Shown piece by piece: positions 1 to 9,375 of a DNA stretch of 32,000 bases; the stretch's first letter is position 1, and every line of letters starts with the position of its first letter. This DNA is from Tichowtungia aerotolerans (GTDB taxonomy: Bacteria; Verrucomicrobiota; Kiritimatiellia; Kiritimatiellales; Tichowtungiaceae), in contig NZ_CP047593.1 in assembly GCF_009905215.1 (NCBI RefSeq), positions 1,026,900 through 1,058,899 on the forward strand, given 5' to 3'. The translations under genes were made by a program, and so were the position numbers. The notes beneath the pieces were generated by a model. It had not been told where the DNA came from, made no database searches, and saw nothing but the letters and a program-made list of their open reading frames with translations.

Positions 1-1588
1 TCCATACCCCGGAGACCAGGTTTGTGGTCTGCTCCAGCGAATAAGTCAAACCGTGCGCTTCGGCATCGGTGCGCCGGGCATAGACATATTCCAGCAGGCT
101 GGTTCCACTGTCCGAAATGATCGTAAAAGACGGCTGATAGCCGACATTACTGACGTCGGACGGATCCCCGCCGAAGCCGAACTCCGCCAGGTTGCTCAGT
201 CCATCCCCATCCGCATCATCCGTCATGCCGGTTGCAATGCCGACCGAATAACCGGCAATCCATCCGGAATAAGAAGGATCCGAATACATTGAAAGAGCAC
301 CGAGTTCAAACAGGGCCACTTCGGCAGTCATATTGACACCGCTGTTTCCGCTCATTCCAAAACCGACGCCGACAATATCCGGGTTAATGGAATAAGTATA
401 TGTTGCTGCCGGACCGATGTTGAAACCATTAACCTTGTAGGATGCCACCCATTGATCTCCGGTTGTATCCAGCTCAATGGTGTATAAACAAAAATTGGTA
501 ACCGAGGAATATGAAGTACCGCTTTGCTGGGCACTACCAACCATTGCCCCGAGCCCCCCGTCCGACAAGATTCGAATCCACGGCGAATCCGTATTCTGGA
601 ACCAGTTCATCGTTGAGGAGGCTTTGTCTGCCGAGATAAAACCGATCGCGAACGGAATGGTCTGTCCGCTCTCCTGGGGATTCATACGGAGAAACGCAGA
701 AAAGGTATATTTTTCTCCGGATTGCGGCACAAAATCAAGAAAACAGGAGCGTGCATTATTCACCGTGGAAGTGGTGCTGCCCTCTTCGGTAAAAACATAA
801 TTAACAGAACCGCTCCATGTTGTTGCCCCCGTTGTAACATCCGGCTCTGAACTGATAAAACCGCTGCCGGCAGAGCCCTCAAACCGTTCCCGAAAAACCG
901 TCTCGGAAGGAACAAATTCGGAAAGTTCAAACGAAGCAATCTCCGCAGTCATATTGATACCACTGCCTCCGCTCATTCCGAACCCGACACCCTCAATAGA
1001 AGGATTAACAGTATACGTGTAGGTTGCCGTCGATCCAATGCCATATCCATTCACAGTATAGGAGGCAACCCATTGATCTCCGGTTGTATCCAGCTCAATC
1101 GTATAGGTATTAACGTTTGTCGCAGCAAGATAACCGGCTCCGCTCACCGTTGCCTTATCCGCCATCGCCCCAAGTCCTGTTGAAGCCACACGAATCCATG
1201 GCGAATCTGCATTCTGAAACCAATTCATCGTTGAAGAAGCATTGTTTGTTGAAATAAATCCGACCGCAAACGGAATCGTCTGGCCGCTCTCCTGGGGATT
1301 CATTCGCAGCGAAATGGACAACGTATATTTCCTGCCGGATTCCGGGATAAAATCCAGAAAAGAGGATCTCGTATTATTCACGGTCGAAGTGGTGGTGCCG
1401 ATCCCCGTATAAACATAATTAACCGTCCCCCCCCACTTTTTGGCATCCGTCGTAATGTCCGGCTGAAAACTGACAAAATAGTCGCCGGCAGCTCCATTAA
1501 ATGATTCCTGATAAACCACCCCGCCATTAGCAATCACAGCGAAAAAAACAACCAGGATCGCCAACACATACATTGCACGCTCTTTCAT
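1..1588 (-). CDS. Secreted protein with two tandem ~207-aa lectin/LamG-like repeats and an Asp-rich calcium-binding (thrombospondin type 3-like) segment. The 3' end runs off the window.
   Basis: Open minus-strand frame from ATG 1586-1588 to the window edge, with a GGAGTG SD-like motif just upstream. It is absent from the ORF track because there is no stop in the window. My translation starts MKERAMYVLAILVVFFAVIANG (signal-peptide-like). It contains two copies of ...NWFQN.DSPWIR...TIELDTTGDQWVASY.VNG..., then ...DDADGDGLSNLAEFGFGGDP... Confidence 0.75.
   Translation of the reverse strand, partial: MKERAMYVLAILVVFFAVIANGGVVYQESFNGAAGDYFVSFQPDITTDAKKWGGTVNYVYTGIGTTTSTVNNTRSSFLDFIPESGRKYTLSISLRMNPQESGQTIPFAVGFISTNNASSTMNWFQNADSPWIRVASTGLGAMADKATVSGAGYLAATNVNTYTIELDTTGDQWVASYTVNGYGIGSTATYTYTVNPSIEGVGFGMSGGSGINMTAEIASFELSEFVPSETVFRERFEGSAGSGFISSEPDVTTGATTWSGSVNYVFTEEGSTTSTVNNARSCFLDFVPQSGEKYTFSAFLRMNPQESGQTIPFAIGFISADKASSTMNWFQNTDSPWIRILSDGGLGAMVGSAQQSGTSYSSVTNFCLYTIELDTTGDQWVASYKVNGFNIGPAATYTYSINPDIVGVGFGMSGNSGVNMTAEVALFELGALSMYSDPSYSGWIAGYSVGIATGMTDDADGDGLSNLAEFGFGGDPSDVSNVGYQPSFTIISDSGTSLLEYVYARRTDAEAHGLTYSLEQTTNLVSGVW
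324..1520 (-). repeat. Internal tandem duplication (2 x ~621 bp) inside the secreted-protein gene
   Basis: GCAGTCATATTGA at 324 recurs at 945. CCCATTGATCTCCGGTTGTATCCAGCTCAAT at 448 recurs at 1069. The offset is a constant 621 nt. The copies are clearly diverged, so this is an old domain duplication. Confidence 0.85.
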
Positions 1589-1608
1589 TTTCACTCCTTT
1601 TTTTGCAT

Positions 1609-1625
1609 ACAGCAACCGTTGCTGT
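1609..1625. promoter_or_regulatory. 17-bp palindrome ACAGCAAC-C-GTTGCTGT, candidate LacI-family operator
   Basis: Perfect 8+1+8 palindrome in the divergent intergenic region between the secreted-protein gene (start 1588) and the LacI-family gene. A 15/17 copy lies upstream of the rhamnosidase operon at 6644-6660. The central AACCGTT resembles LacI/GalR-type operators. Confidence 0.55.
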
Positions 1626-1799
1626 CCAATAAATCTATCTAACCAACCCAAAATTGCAATATAATTTTCCAGTTAGGCACATAAAAAACAGCCCCCCGGG
1701 GCCCCCATGAAATGATCCGTATTTAACAACTCGTATTGCCTCCATGCCGGTTCGGTGCTACTTTTTCGGGCCGAAAAATTAAACCTCTTACAGCTTCTG

Positions 1800-2858
1800 A
1801 TGAAAAATTCAGCGAAAACCAAACGAACAACCATTCAGGACATTGCCACCCTGTGCAATATCAACAAGGCAACCGTTTCCCGAATCCTGAACAATAAAAC
1901 GGACCAGTTTCCAATTTCCGAAAAAACGATCAACAAAGTCAAAGAAGCAGCCCAACGACTCAACTACCGCCCCAATCGGCTGGCACAAGCCACCGGCAGC
2001 CAGCGGACCAATCTGATCGGTCTCTCTTTTTCGGGCTTCAACGGACTGGGCGAGACCGAAGCACTCTATGAGAGCCAGATGGTCAGCCGCTTTTTGGCAC
2101 CGATCCTGTCCACCCCCCGATTCAGCAAATACGACCTCGTGGTCCACTCCAGAGATGAGCAGGTCGAAAAACCGCTGACAGAGTCTGAATTTAAGACCGA
2201 CCTGTTCGACGGGCTGCTCTACCTGATGCCCTCCGAAACACACCTCGAATTCATCAATATCGCCTCGGAACAGTTTCCAATCGTCGTCATGGGGTACACC
2301 CCGAAAGCAGAGGAAACCGTTCCATGCATCGACATCAACAACCGCAAAGCCGCTCAGAAAGCAGTAACACACCTGATCGAAACCGGACGAAAATCCATCC
2401 TCTATCTCGGCTCAAAATACTCCAAACACATGCAGTTTCAAATCGACCGCCTCGATGGATATAAGGACGCCCTCCGGGCACACACCCTCCGTCCGGTCTC
2501 CAGACTCATTCATACAGTCACCTGTGATGAAACAAGCGTTACAGATTTTTTCCGCAACCTGCCGGACCTCGATAAAATTGACGGCCTGTTCTGCCCGGAC
2601 GACGAACTGGCCGCCCACAGCATCAGCGCACTGAGCAAACTGGGCAAAAAAATCCCTGAAGACATCGCTGTCGTCGGCTTTAACAACGCCCCGGTTTCAA
2701 CCCTGACGAACCCCTCACTGACCACCATCGACATTCCCGCCAAAAAGGTGGCCGAAGCGGGACTGAACCTGCTGCTGGACATCATCGAGAAGAAGGCGCC
2801 CTACCAGGCTGGATTTCACGAAATTGAAACCAAACTGATCGAGCGTCAGTCTACATAA
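1800..2858 (+). CDS. LacI/GalR-family transcriptional regulator
   Basis: N-terminal HTH TIQDIATLCNINKATVSRILNNK, followed by a sugar-binding-type C-terminal region (...IAVVGFNNAPVSTLTNPSLTTIDIP...). ATG at 1800 is preferred over the GTG at 1755 used by the ORF track. Confidence 0.9.
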   Translation: MKNSAKTKRTTIQDIATLCNINKATVSRILNNKTDQFPISEKTINKVKEAAQRLNYRPNRLAQATGSQRTNLIGLSFSGFNGLGETEALYESQMVSRFLAPILSTPRFSKYDLVVHSRDEQVEKPLTESEFKTDLFDGLLYLMPSETHLEFINIASEQFPIVVMGYTPKAEETVPCIDINNRKAAQKAVTHLIETGRKSILYLGSKYSKHMQFQIDRLDGYKDALRAHTLRPVSRLIHTVTCDETSVTDFFRNLPDLDKIDGLFCPDDELAAHSISALSKLGKKIPEDIAVVGFNNAPVSTLTNPSLTTIDIPAKKVAEAGLNLLLDIIEKKAPYQAGFHEIETKLIERQST

Positions 2859-2880
2859 CCGCTTAACCAGTCAAACCCAT

Positions 2881-4380
2881 TCAGCTGATTCTGCCGGAAT
2901 CAGCCTCGTATTTTTCGCGCAGTTCATCCATCACCTGATGCGTAATCGGGTATTTTCGCAGCACAAAAAATGAACTGAACATGAGGATCGGACCGACAAT
3001 AAAAGTCATCAGAGCCAACTTGTTGACCGTTTCAACGGCTTGGCTTTCCGCTCCGGAAACATAACCGACACTCTTCAGGATATACCCCGTCACAAACAGG
3101 CCGAGGGCAGCGGCCGCCTTGGTAAAGAAGGAAAAGCCGGCCGCATAGCGCCCTTCGGTCACTTCACCGGTTTTCAGTTTTTTCACCATCGAGAGGTCCG
3201 CAATCATCGAAGTCGCCGTCGGCACGAGAATCCCGCATCCGCCCCACCAGAGCATCTGCAGCAGCCCGAACACCACACAGGAAAGATGGAAGGGATTCCC
3301 TTTTGCATCTGCAAACAGCGGAACGGCCTGCGGCTGCATCACCTTGCCGGTAAAGATTCCCAGCAGCGCCAGACACCCGAAAGAGCTGATGATCATCGCC
3401 AGATAGCCGGTTTTCTTTTTATCCAGCCGACGCACCAGGCTCCCGAGCAGCAGCGAACCGAGCGCAAACCCGACCATGCCGCCGGTATGAACAAAGGTTT
3501 TTTCGAGATCCGAAAACCTCATGTATTCCACATACGTGAACATCTGAACCTGGGAAACCACCATCATGGCGAACTGTGCCAGTCCGAAGAAGATGAAAAC
3601 CAGCCAGACCAGCCTGTCGCTGTACACATCCCGCAGGTCGTGAACAAACGCCTTTACATGACCTGAAAATGTACCGTCCTCTTCTTTAACCAGCCCCTTC
3701 TCCGCAAACCGATACGTAAAACACACGCAAAGCACAATCAGCAGCAGCGCACTGCCCGCCAGGATCCAGCCCATACTGATGAAGTTTTCATGAATTTTCG
3801 TGCCGTCAATGCGCGATCCGTCTGCCGCAACCCGGTCGCCAAAAAACAGCACCCACCCCAGTCCGCCGAAGAGAATGTTGATGATCATGTTAAAACAAAA
3901 GCGAACGCCCTGCAGCCGTGCCCGATCCTCGTCCCTCTTGCACATTTCAAACCCGAGCGCAGTAAACGGAACCACAAACACCGTAAAGGCGGTTTTCATC
4001 AGAATGTTGATCCCGAGCAGATATCCGAACAGCGCTTTCTCGCCGCGAAACGATTCCGGCACCATCCAGAGCAGCAGAAACGAAACCGCCAAAACCATCC
4101 CGCCAACAAGCATATACGGATGACGCCGGCCATAACGGGAAACCGTACGATCGGAAATCGTCCCCATCAGCGGATCGGTCACGGCATCCCAGACCGTGGC
4201 AATCGACAGCGCGAGCCCGGCCATTTCCGGGCTCATGCCCATAATCTGCGTATAAAACAGCATTCCGAAGTTCGAAACACCGTTCATTGCAATCGAAGAC
4301 GCCCCCTCTCCGGACGCATAACTCCACAGATCTCTCGTTCTCAACCGCTTAAAAAAACCGCTCACGTCACCCCCCTGCAA
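2881..4380 (-). CDS. Glycoside-pentoside-hexuronide (GPH):cation symporter family transporter (MFS-type)
   Basis: 499 aa and hydrophobic throughout. The N-terminal signature LSIATVWDAVTDPLMGTISDRT (D-x-x-D-P-x-x-G-x-x-x-D-R-T) is typical of MelB/YicJ-like symporters. It starts 8 nt after the stop of the rhamnosidase gene, so the two are probably one operon. Confidence 0.85.
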   Translation of the reverse strand: MQGGDVSGFFKRLRTRDLWSYASGEGASSIAMNGVSNFGMLFYTQIMGMSPEMAGLALSIATVWDAVTDPLMGTISDRTVSRYGRRHPYMLVGGMVLAVSFLLLWMVPESFRGEKALFGYLLGINILMKTAFTVFVVPFTALGFEMCKRDEDRARLQGVRFCFNMIINILFGGLGWVLFFGDRVAADGSRIDGTKIHENFISMGWILAGSALLLIVLCVCFTYRFAEKGLVKEEDGTFSGHVKAFVHDLRDVYSDRLVWLVFIFFGLAQFAMMVVSQVQMFTYVEYMRFSDLEKTFVHTGGMVGFALGSLLLGSLVRRLDKKKTGYLAMIISSFGCLALLGIFTGKVMQPQAVPLFADAKGNPFHLSCVVFGLLQMLWWGGCGILVPTATSMIADLSMVKKLKTGEVTEGRYAAGFSFFTKAAAALGLFVTGYILKSVGYVSGAESQAVETVNKLALMTFIVGPILMFSSFFVLRKYPITHQVMDELREKYEADSGRIS

Positions 4381-4388
4381 TTAAACCT

Positions 4389-6623
4389 TTAAACCTCACA
4401 CAACCGAACCGCCCGGTTTTCAACCAGAAACTCATGCCGCCCGCCATCCACGCTTTCGACCGCATCCGGCAAAATCACCCGGGCCGGAACCGGCGTTTCA
4501 ATCTTCAGCTTCCAACCATTGGAAACTTTTTTCCAGTGGCAGGAAACCCGGCCCTGAATGGAGTCGTACGCCGCCTTCACATAATCGAACTTTTCGGTCA
4601 AACAGGGCTCGAACACGATCCGCTCAAAACCGGGCGCGGCCGGACGGAATCCGGCCAATGATTCGAACATCCATTCACAAACCGCGCCGAAGGCGTAGTG
4701 ATTGAACGAATTCATGCTCACATCGCCGAACCCGTCCTCCTTCGTCCAGCTGTTCCAGCGTTCCCAGATCGTTGTGGCACCGTTGTTCACTTCGAAAAGC
4801 CAGGACGGGGATCCTTCGTTGAGCAAAAGCTGCACCGCAAGATCACTGCGCCCCGCCTTGGTGAGTGCCGGGCAGAGATAGCCGGTTCCAACAAACCCGG
4901 TCGTCAGATAGCCCGCTGATTCTTCCAGGCATTGGAAAAGACAGTTCTTCGCCTGCTCCAGATCATCACCATCGAGCAGCTCCATGGCAATTGCCAGCGC
5001 ACAGGCGGTCTGTGTTTTCACGGCAACTTGCGAACCCTGGAAAAATGCATCACGAAACAACTTCCGGCTTTTCTCGGCTTCGAAGGTAAAATGTATGTAA
5101 TCATCATCTTCTTCGATTACAGCAGCCATCTCCTGCATCAGGCGGGCATCATAAGCACGGTACGCCAGACCGATCATCCGGGTCGGTGTTTCAGCGTCAA
5201 TATTGAGCCAGTCACCATAGGATTCCGCATCCGGACCGTTGTGCCGATTATCGCCGGTGCAGATCAACTCCATGTATTTTTTCATCTGCGGCCACCATTT
5301 GCGGATCACGTCCGTGTCGCCGTAGGCCTGCCAGAGCACATGCGGGCAGATCACACCGGCATCCGCCCAGGCCGCGGACGCGTACCCTTTGCGCCCGAGG
5401 TACGGCGCATAGTCCGGATAGCCGCCGTCAGCAGCCTGCGCATCGTGAAGATCAACCAGCCACTTATCAAAAAACGGACGGATGTCCGCCAGATACGAAG
5501 CGGAGCGAATAAACATCTGTGTGTCGCCGGTCCAGCCCAGCCGCTCATCGCGCTGCGGACAATCCGTCGGAACATCCAGATAGTTTCCGCGGAAACCCCA
5601 CTGTATGTTCCGGAACAACTGATTCACCTTCCCGTTTGAACATTCAAACGAAGCGGTTTCTTTCAAGCCGGACATCCACACCATTCCCGTAACCGTATCG
5701 ATCGGCAGATCGTCCGGAAGCCCCTCGACCTGCACATACCGGAATCCGTGATACGTAAAGCGCGGCGTCCAGATTTCCTCGCCGCCGCCTTTGGCAATAT
5801 ACACATCCGTCGCCCGGGCAGCGCGCAGATTGTCCGTATAGACCGTCCCGTTTTCATTCAGCATTTCACCGAATCTGAGCGTAATCCGGGTTCCGGCCGG
5901 GGCCTGAACTTTAAGCTCGGCCACACCGACCATATTCTGCCCCATGTCAAACACGGAAATCCCCGCAGCCGGGCTGCTGACACTCTGCGCCCGAATTTCA
6001 TCCACAGTTCTGATCGGCGTTCCGGGGAACGGTTCAATCGCCTCCGGCAACAACTCTTCGCCCGGAACCAGGCAGCGCGGCTCCTTCCAGCCGCTGTCAT
6101 CAAATCCCGGCGCATCCCATCCCGCCTCGTCCCGGCGGGCATCGTAGACCTCGCCCATCAGAAGATCCGACTTCAAGACCGGCCCTTCGATCGCTCTCCA
6201 GTCTGCTCCGCTGACAAGGGTCTGCTCGGAACCGTCTTCGTATTCCAGCATCAGCACGCAGGAAAACCGGGCATCGTGTCCGTAATACCCTTTATCCCCA
6301 AAAGGACCGATATATCCGGCAAACCAACCGTCACCGAGAATCGCACCGAGCACATTTTCGCCTAAAACAATCCGTTCACGGACATCAAACGTCTGGTAAT
6401 AAACCCGCTTGCGATAATCCGTCCACCCCGGCATCAAATGGGAATCCCCCAGCTTGTTTCCATTCAGACGCAGCTCAAAAACGCCCAGCGCCGTCCCGCA
6501 AAGCACCGCCTTTTGAATCGGCTTATCCACTCGAAATGATTTACGAAGCAACGGTGTCTCCGTTCCCTCCTGCATCCGAATCCAATCCGCGGGCCACTCA
6601 CCCGGCCCATATGCAATATCCAC
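4389..6623 (-). CDS. Alpha-L-rhamnosidase, glycoside hydrolase family 78
   Basis: 744 aa. The motif DVPTDCPQRDERLGWTGDTQMF and the overall length and architecture are characteristic of bacterial GH78 enzymes. Confidence 0.9.
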   Translation of the reverse strand: MDIAYGPGEWPADWIRMQEGTETPLLRKSFRVDKPIQKAVLCGTALGVFELRLNGNKLGDSHLMPGWTDYRKRVYYQTFDVRERIVLGENVLGAILGDGWFAGYIGPFGDKGYYGHDARFSCVLMLEYEDGSEQTLVSGADWRAIEGPVLKSDLLMGEVYDARRDEAGWDAPGFDDSGWKEPRCLVPGEELLPEAIEPFPGTPIRTVDEIRAQSVSSPAAGISVFDMGQNMVGVAELKVQAPAGTRITLRFGEMLNENGTVYTDNLRAARATDVYIAKGGGEEIWTPRFTYHGFRYVQVEGLPDDLPIDTVTGMVWMSGLKETASFECSNGKVNQLFRNIQWGFRGNYLDVPTDCPQRDERLGWTGDTQMFIRSASYLADIRPFFDKWLVDLHDAQAADGGYPDYAPYLGRKGYASAAWADAGVICPHVLWQAYGDTDVIRKWWPQMKKYMELICTGDNRHNGPDAESYGDWLNIDAETPTRMIGLAYRAYDARLMQEMAAVIEEDDDYIHFTFEAEKSRKLFRDAFFQGSQVAVKTQTACALAIAMELLDGDDLEQAKNCLFQCLEESAGYLTTGFVGTGYLCPALTKAGRSDLAVQLLLNEGSPSWLFEVNNGATTIWERWNSWTKEDGFGDVSMNSFNHYAFGAVCEWMFESLAGFRPAAPGFERIVFEPCLTEKFDYVKAAYDSIQGRVSCHWKKVSNGWKLKIETPVPARVILPDAVESVDGGRHEFLVENRAVRLCEV

Positions 6624-6643
6624 AAAAATCCCCTATAAATAAC

Positions 6644-6660
6644 ACAACAACCGTTGCTGG
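6644..6660. promoter_or_regulatory. Second copy of the candidate LacI operator (ACAACAACCGTTGCTGG)
   Basis: 15/17 identical to the palindrome at 1609-1625. It lies 21 nt upstream of the rhamnosidase start codon (6623). Confidence 0.5.
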
Positions 6661-6934
6661 TGTATTACAAAATAGAAAACCGATCAAGCTGCACGTTTAA
6701 AATAATGCGAATACCGGAAATGCAGACGGTTCGGTGCCTCTGCGCGAGATCTTATTCCAATGGTTGGAAACGCCCGGTCGGGGTCCGGGCCGACAAAACT
6801 TTTCCCTGCCGCCATCGGCGGTTCCTCTGTGGTGAAAAGTCAACCATCGCACCGTCTCGGTGCATTTTCCAATGGCTGAAAAATGCAAGCGGGACGCATG
6901 CTTCTCCAACATAACGGGTCAAGGCTCAGCCTTG

Positions 6935-8272
6935 TTATTCATACTTGCCGGACAGCCAGAGCGGATCGACGTTCTGGCTGTCCCATTCCTGCCAGCGCAG
7001 CCGCAGGTTTTGCACGCGCTCGGGAAATGTTTCGGCCAGATTGTTCTTTTCGCCAATATCGTTTTTCAGGTTGTAGAGCTGAACCGGATGTCCCTTGCGA
7101 AACAGCAGTTTCCAGTCGCCCTGCCGAATGGTGCGGTACGACCCGCGCCGCCAGCAAAGCGTCTCGTGCGGAACGCCGGCGTTATTTCCGGTGATGTACG
7201 GAATCAGGTCCACTCCTTCGAGTTTCCACGCCGGATCCATTTTCACTCCGACAGCAGTCAGCGCGGTCGGCAGCACATCGAGTGTGCTGACCTGCTTTTC
7301 ATAAATCCGGCCGGCGGGAATTTTTCCTTTCCACTGCATCATGTAGGGAACGCGCAGCCCGCCTTCAAACTGGGTGATTTTGATGCCGCGCAGCGGTCCG
7401 TTCACCGATGTGTTGCTCGGCGTCGGCCCGCCGTTGTCGGAGATCAGGAAAATCAGCGTGTCCTCTTCCATGTTCAGTTCGCGCAAAAGCTTCAGCGTTT
7501 TGCCGACCTCTTCGTCGAGTGCTTTCATCATGCCGGCAAAAATGCGGCGCTTCGGATCTTTAATCTCTGGAAATGCCTCCGCATATCCCGGCGGGGCCTC
7601 ATCGACCGGCGCGTGCTGGTTGTAGAAAGCCAGATACAGAAACCACGGATTGTTTTTGTTGCGGCTGATGAAATCGCGCGCCCGCTCGCCGTAGGCAAAG
7701 GTGCTGAAATAGCCGTCTTGCTTTACATGCCGCGGCTGCGGGTTTTCTTCCAGCGAATCGAGAATTTCCGGGGTCGTGTAAGAACGGGAGTTTTCGAGGT
7801 TGCCGTAGTATTCGTCGAAGCCGCGCTTCATCGGCCAGAACTCCGGCTTGTATCCCAAATGCCATTTGCCGACCATCCCCGTGGCATAGCCGGCCTCTTT
7901 CATATAATTCGCCATGATTTTTTCCGAAAGCGGCAGCCCGTACTCTTTCCATTGCGGCCCCCACGGCGGATTGGTTTCGTGGCCGACGCGGCAGCCGTGC
8001 CGCCCCAGCATCAGCCCGGCCCGACTCGGACAGCAGAGCGAATCGGTCACATAGCCCTGCGTAAACCGGACGCCGTTTGCTGCGATGGAATCGATGTTCG
8101 GCGTCGGGATCTGCGGATTGCCCTGACAGCCGAATTCGCCGTAGCCGACATCATCCACATAAATCAGCAGGACATTCGGGGAACGTGACGTTCCATCCAC
8201 TAAAGTTTTGCTAGAGACTGCAACGCTCCCCCCCGCGACCATCATCAAACAAACCAGCAAATAACGCTTCAC
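6935..8272 (-). CDS. Sulfatase (formylglycine-dependent, arylsulfatase-type), secreted
   Basis: C-x-P-x-R signature in SLCCPSRAGLMLGRH. N-terminal NVLLIYVDDVGYGEFG metal-site region. Signal-peptide-like KRYLLVCLMMVAGGSVAVSS. The start is placed at GTG 8270-8272; the ORF track extends to 8326. Confidence 0.9.
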   Translation of the reverse strand: MKRYLLVCLMMVAGGSVAVSSKTLVDGTSRSPNVLLIYVDDVGYGEFGCQGNPQIPTPNIDSIAANGVRFTQGYVTDSLCCPSRAGLMLGRHGCRVGHETNPPWGPQWKEYGLPLSEKIMANYMKEAGYATGMVGKWHLGYKPEFWPMKRGFDEYYGNLENSRSYTTPEILDSLEENPQPRHVKQDGYFSTFAYGERARDFISRNKNNPWFLYLAFYNQHAPVDEAPPGYAEAFPEIKDPKRRIFAGMMKALDEEVGKTLKLLRELNMEEDTLIFLISDNGGPTPSNTSVNGPLRGIKITQFEGGLRVPYMMQWKGKIPAGRIYEKQVSTLDVLPTALTAVGVKMDPAWKLEGVDLIPYITGNNAGVPHETLCWRRGSYRTIRQGDWKLLFRKGHPVQLYNLKNDIGEKNNLAETFPERVQNLRLRWQEWDSQNVDPLWLSGKYE

Positions 8273-8288
8273 CACACAGCCCCCATCA

Positions 8289-8879
8289 ATGCCAACGTTT
8301 GTACACAACTGCCCGCAACCTGTCAACGGCGGGATGACACGAAAGAGATTTCAACCACGGATTTATCAAGCCGCAGGCGTTACCGATCATGAGGATGCAC
8401 AGATTATTTCCAGCTTCCCGGCCACGGGTCGGGTGTTTGCACCTCGACTGATTGCGGCACTGGGAACCGACCGGGAGCGGTTTGGTTCTGCTCTGGATCT
8501 GGAGAACTACTCCGGCATGGCGCCGGTCACCGAGCGCAGTGGAAAGAGCGAATGGATACACCGGCGATGGAAGTGTTCGAACTTTATTCGTCAGAGTTTT
8601 CATGAATGGGCTGGCGAAACCACAAAGCATTCCATCTGGGCACGTGCGTTTTATATCCAGGCGCGCGAAAGGGGAATGGGACATCATCAGGCAGTTCGCG
8701 CCTTGGCATACAAGTGGATACGCATCCTCTATAAATGCTGGAAAGAGCGGGTTCCGTACGACGAACTGCATTACCTCAGCGTCCTTAAAAAACGCGGGTC
8801 GAATTTATGGAAGATTATTGCAGAACACCCCGATGCTATAAGGCTCAACGGGCCGATTGAAAGTCAGTTTTTATGTTGA
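8289..8879 (+). pseudogene. IS110-family transposase, C-terminal remnant only (third, distinct IS110-like element)
   Basis: The translation ...FPATGRVFAPRLIAALGTDRERFGSALDLENYSGMAPVTERSGKSEWIHRRWKCSNFIRQSFHEWAG... matches the C-terminal (Transposase_20-type) half of IS110 transposases. The N-terminal DEDD domain is missing. The 5' side abuts the sulfatase start region. Confidence 0.7.
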
Positions 8880-8905
8880 CGGACATCCTCAGATGGCTGG
8901 TTAGG
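8880..8905 (-). repeat. attC-like site, truncated (only the inverse core R'' end remains)
   Basis: The minus strand reads GCCTAAC (8905-8899, perfect RYYYAAC) overlapping the TAA stop of ORF 8901-9362. The rest of the palindrome is missing where the IS110 remnant begins. Confidence 0.45.
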
Positions 8906-9362
8906 CTCGATTTATTTTGGTTGTTAAAAATTCACTTATTTTCGTTTTACTAATTTTATCAGGAATCAAAATCGATGTGTGGCGACCATCTTCCGTTGAT
9001 ATCGTCAGTTGATTGAGTGATCGGGTAGAATCTTCGAATTGACCGAATGAGAACTCTTGAATATCTCTGTAGGCGATCTTGACCAATGGGGTTGTGTTGG
9101 TGATGTGAAGGCTCTTTACCCCGAAGAGAACTTCTCTTGCTCCCAAAAATTTCACCTTACTGATTAGGAACAAAACTATGAGCCCGAAAAGGCTACAATA
9201 AAGACCGGCCTGCAAACCTTCAGTGACTGACTTGCCTCCCATTTTCGCCCATAAGGACCACCCAATAATGTTCGCTGGGATGATGAGCATCATTGCAAAC
9301 AGGAACCAATGCTTAGGAAGCTTGCTCTTCGTGATCTCAGGGATTGGTTCAAACCATCTCAT
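8901..9362 (-). CDS. Cassette ORF: hypothetical membrane protein (2 TM plus a soluble C-terminal domain)
   Basis: 153 aa. The ATG lies 13 nt after the GTTAGGC core (9382-9376). Hydrophobic segments HWFLFAMMLIIPANIIGWSLWA and LYCSLFGLIVLFLISKV. The stop lies inside GCCTAAC. Confidence 0.65.
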   Translation of the reverse strand: MRWFEPIPEITKSKLPKHWFLFAMMLIIPANIIGWSLWAKMGGKSVTEGLQAGLYCSLFGLIVLFLISKVKFLGAREVLFGVKSLHITNTTPLVKIAYRDIQEFSFGQFEDSTRSLNQLTISTEDGRHTSILIPDKISKTKISEFLTTKINRA

Positions 9363-9375
9363 ATTATTTTTTCAT

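Noticed and set aside
3040-6365. Long plus-strand ORFs 3040-3666, 3790-4392, 4932-5639, 5748-6365.
   Set aside because: They are antisense shadows of the GPH symporter and GH78 genes. They have no recognisable motifs and a biased R/P/H composition.
6919-6934. Hairpin CAAGGC-tca-GCCTTG right after the sulfatase stop as a terminator.
   Set aside because: It has a short 6-bp stem without a following T-tract on the transcribed strand. That is too weak to call.
6860-8188. 442-aa plus-strand ORF (and 6883-7194, 7374-7625).
   Set aside because: It is antisense to the well-supported sulfatase gene. The sequence is Arg/Pro/Ala-rich and low-complexity, typical of shadow frames in GC-rich coding DNA.
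8289-8879. Treating the 196-aa ORF as an intact small transposase gene.
   Set aside because: Only the C-terminal half of an IS110-type transposase is present. The catalytic DEDD N-terminal domain and the IS left end are missing, so it is called a remnant.
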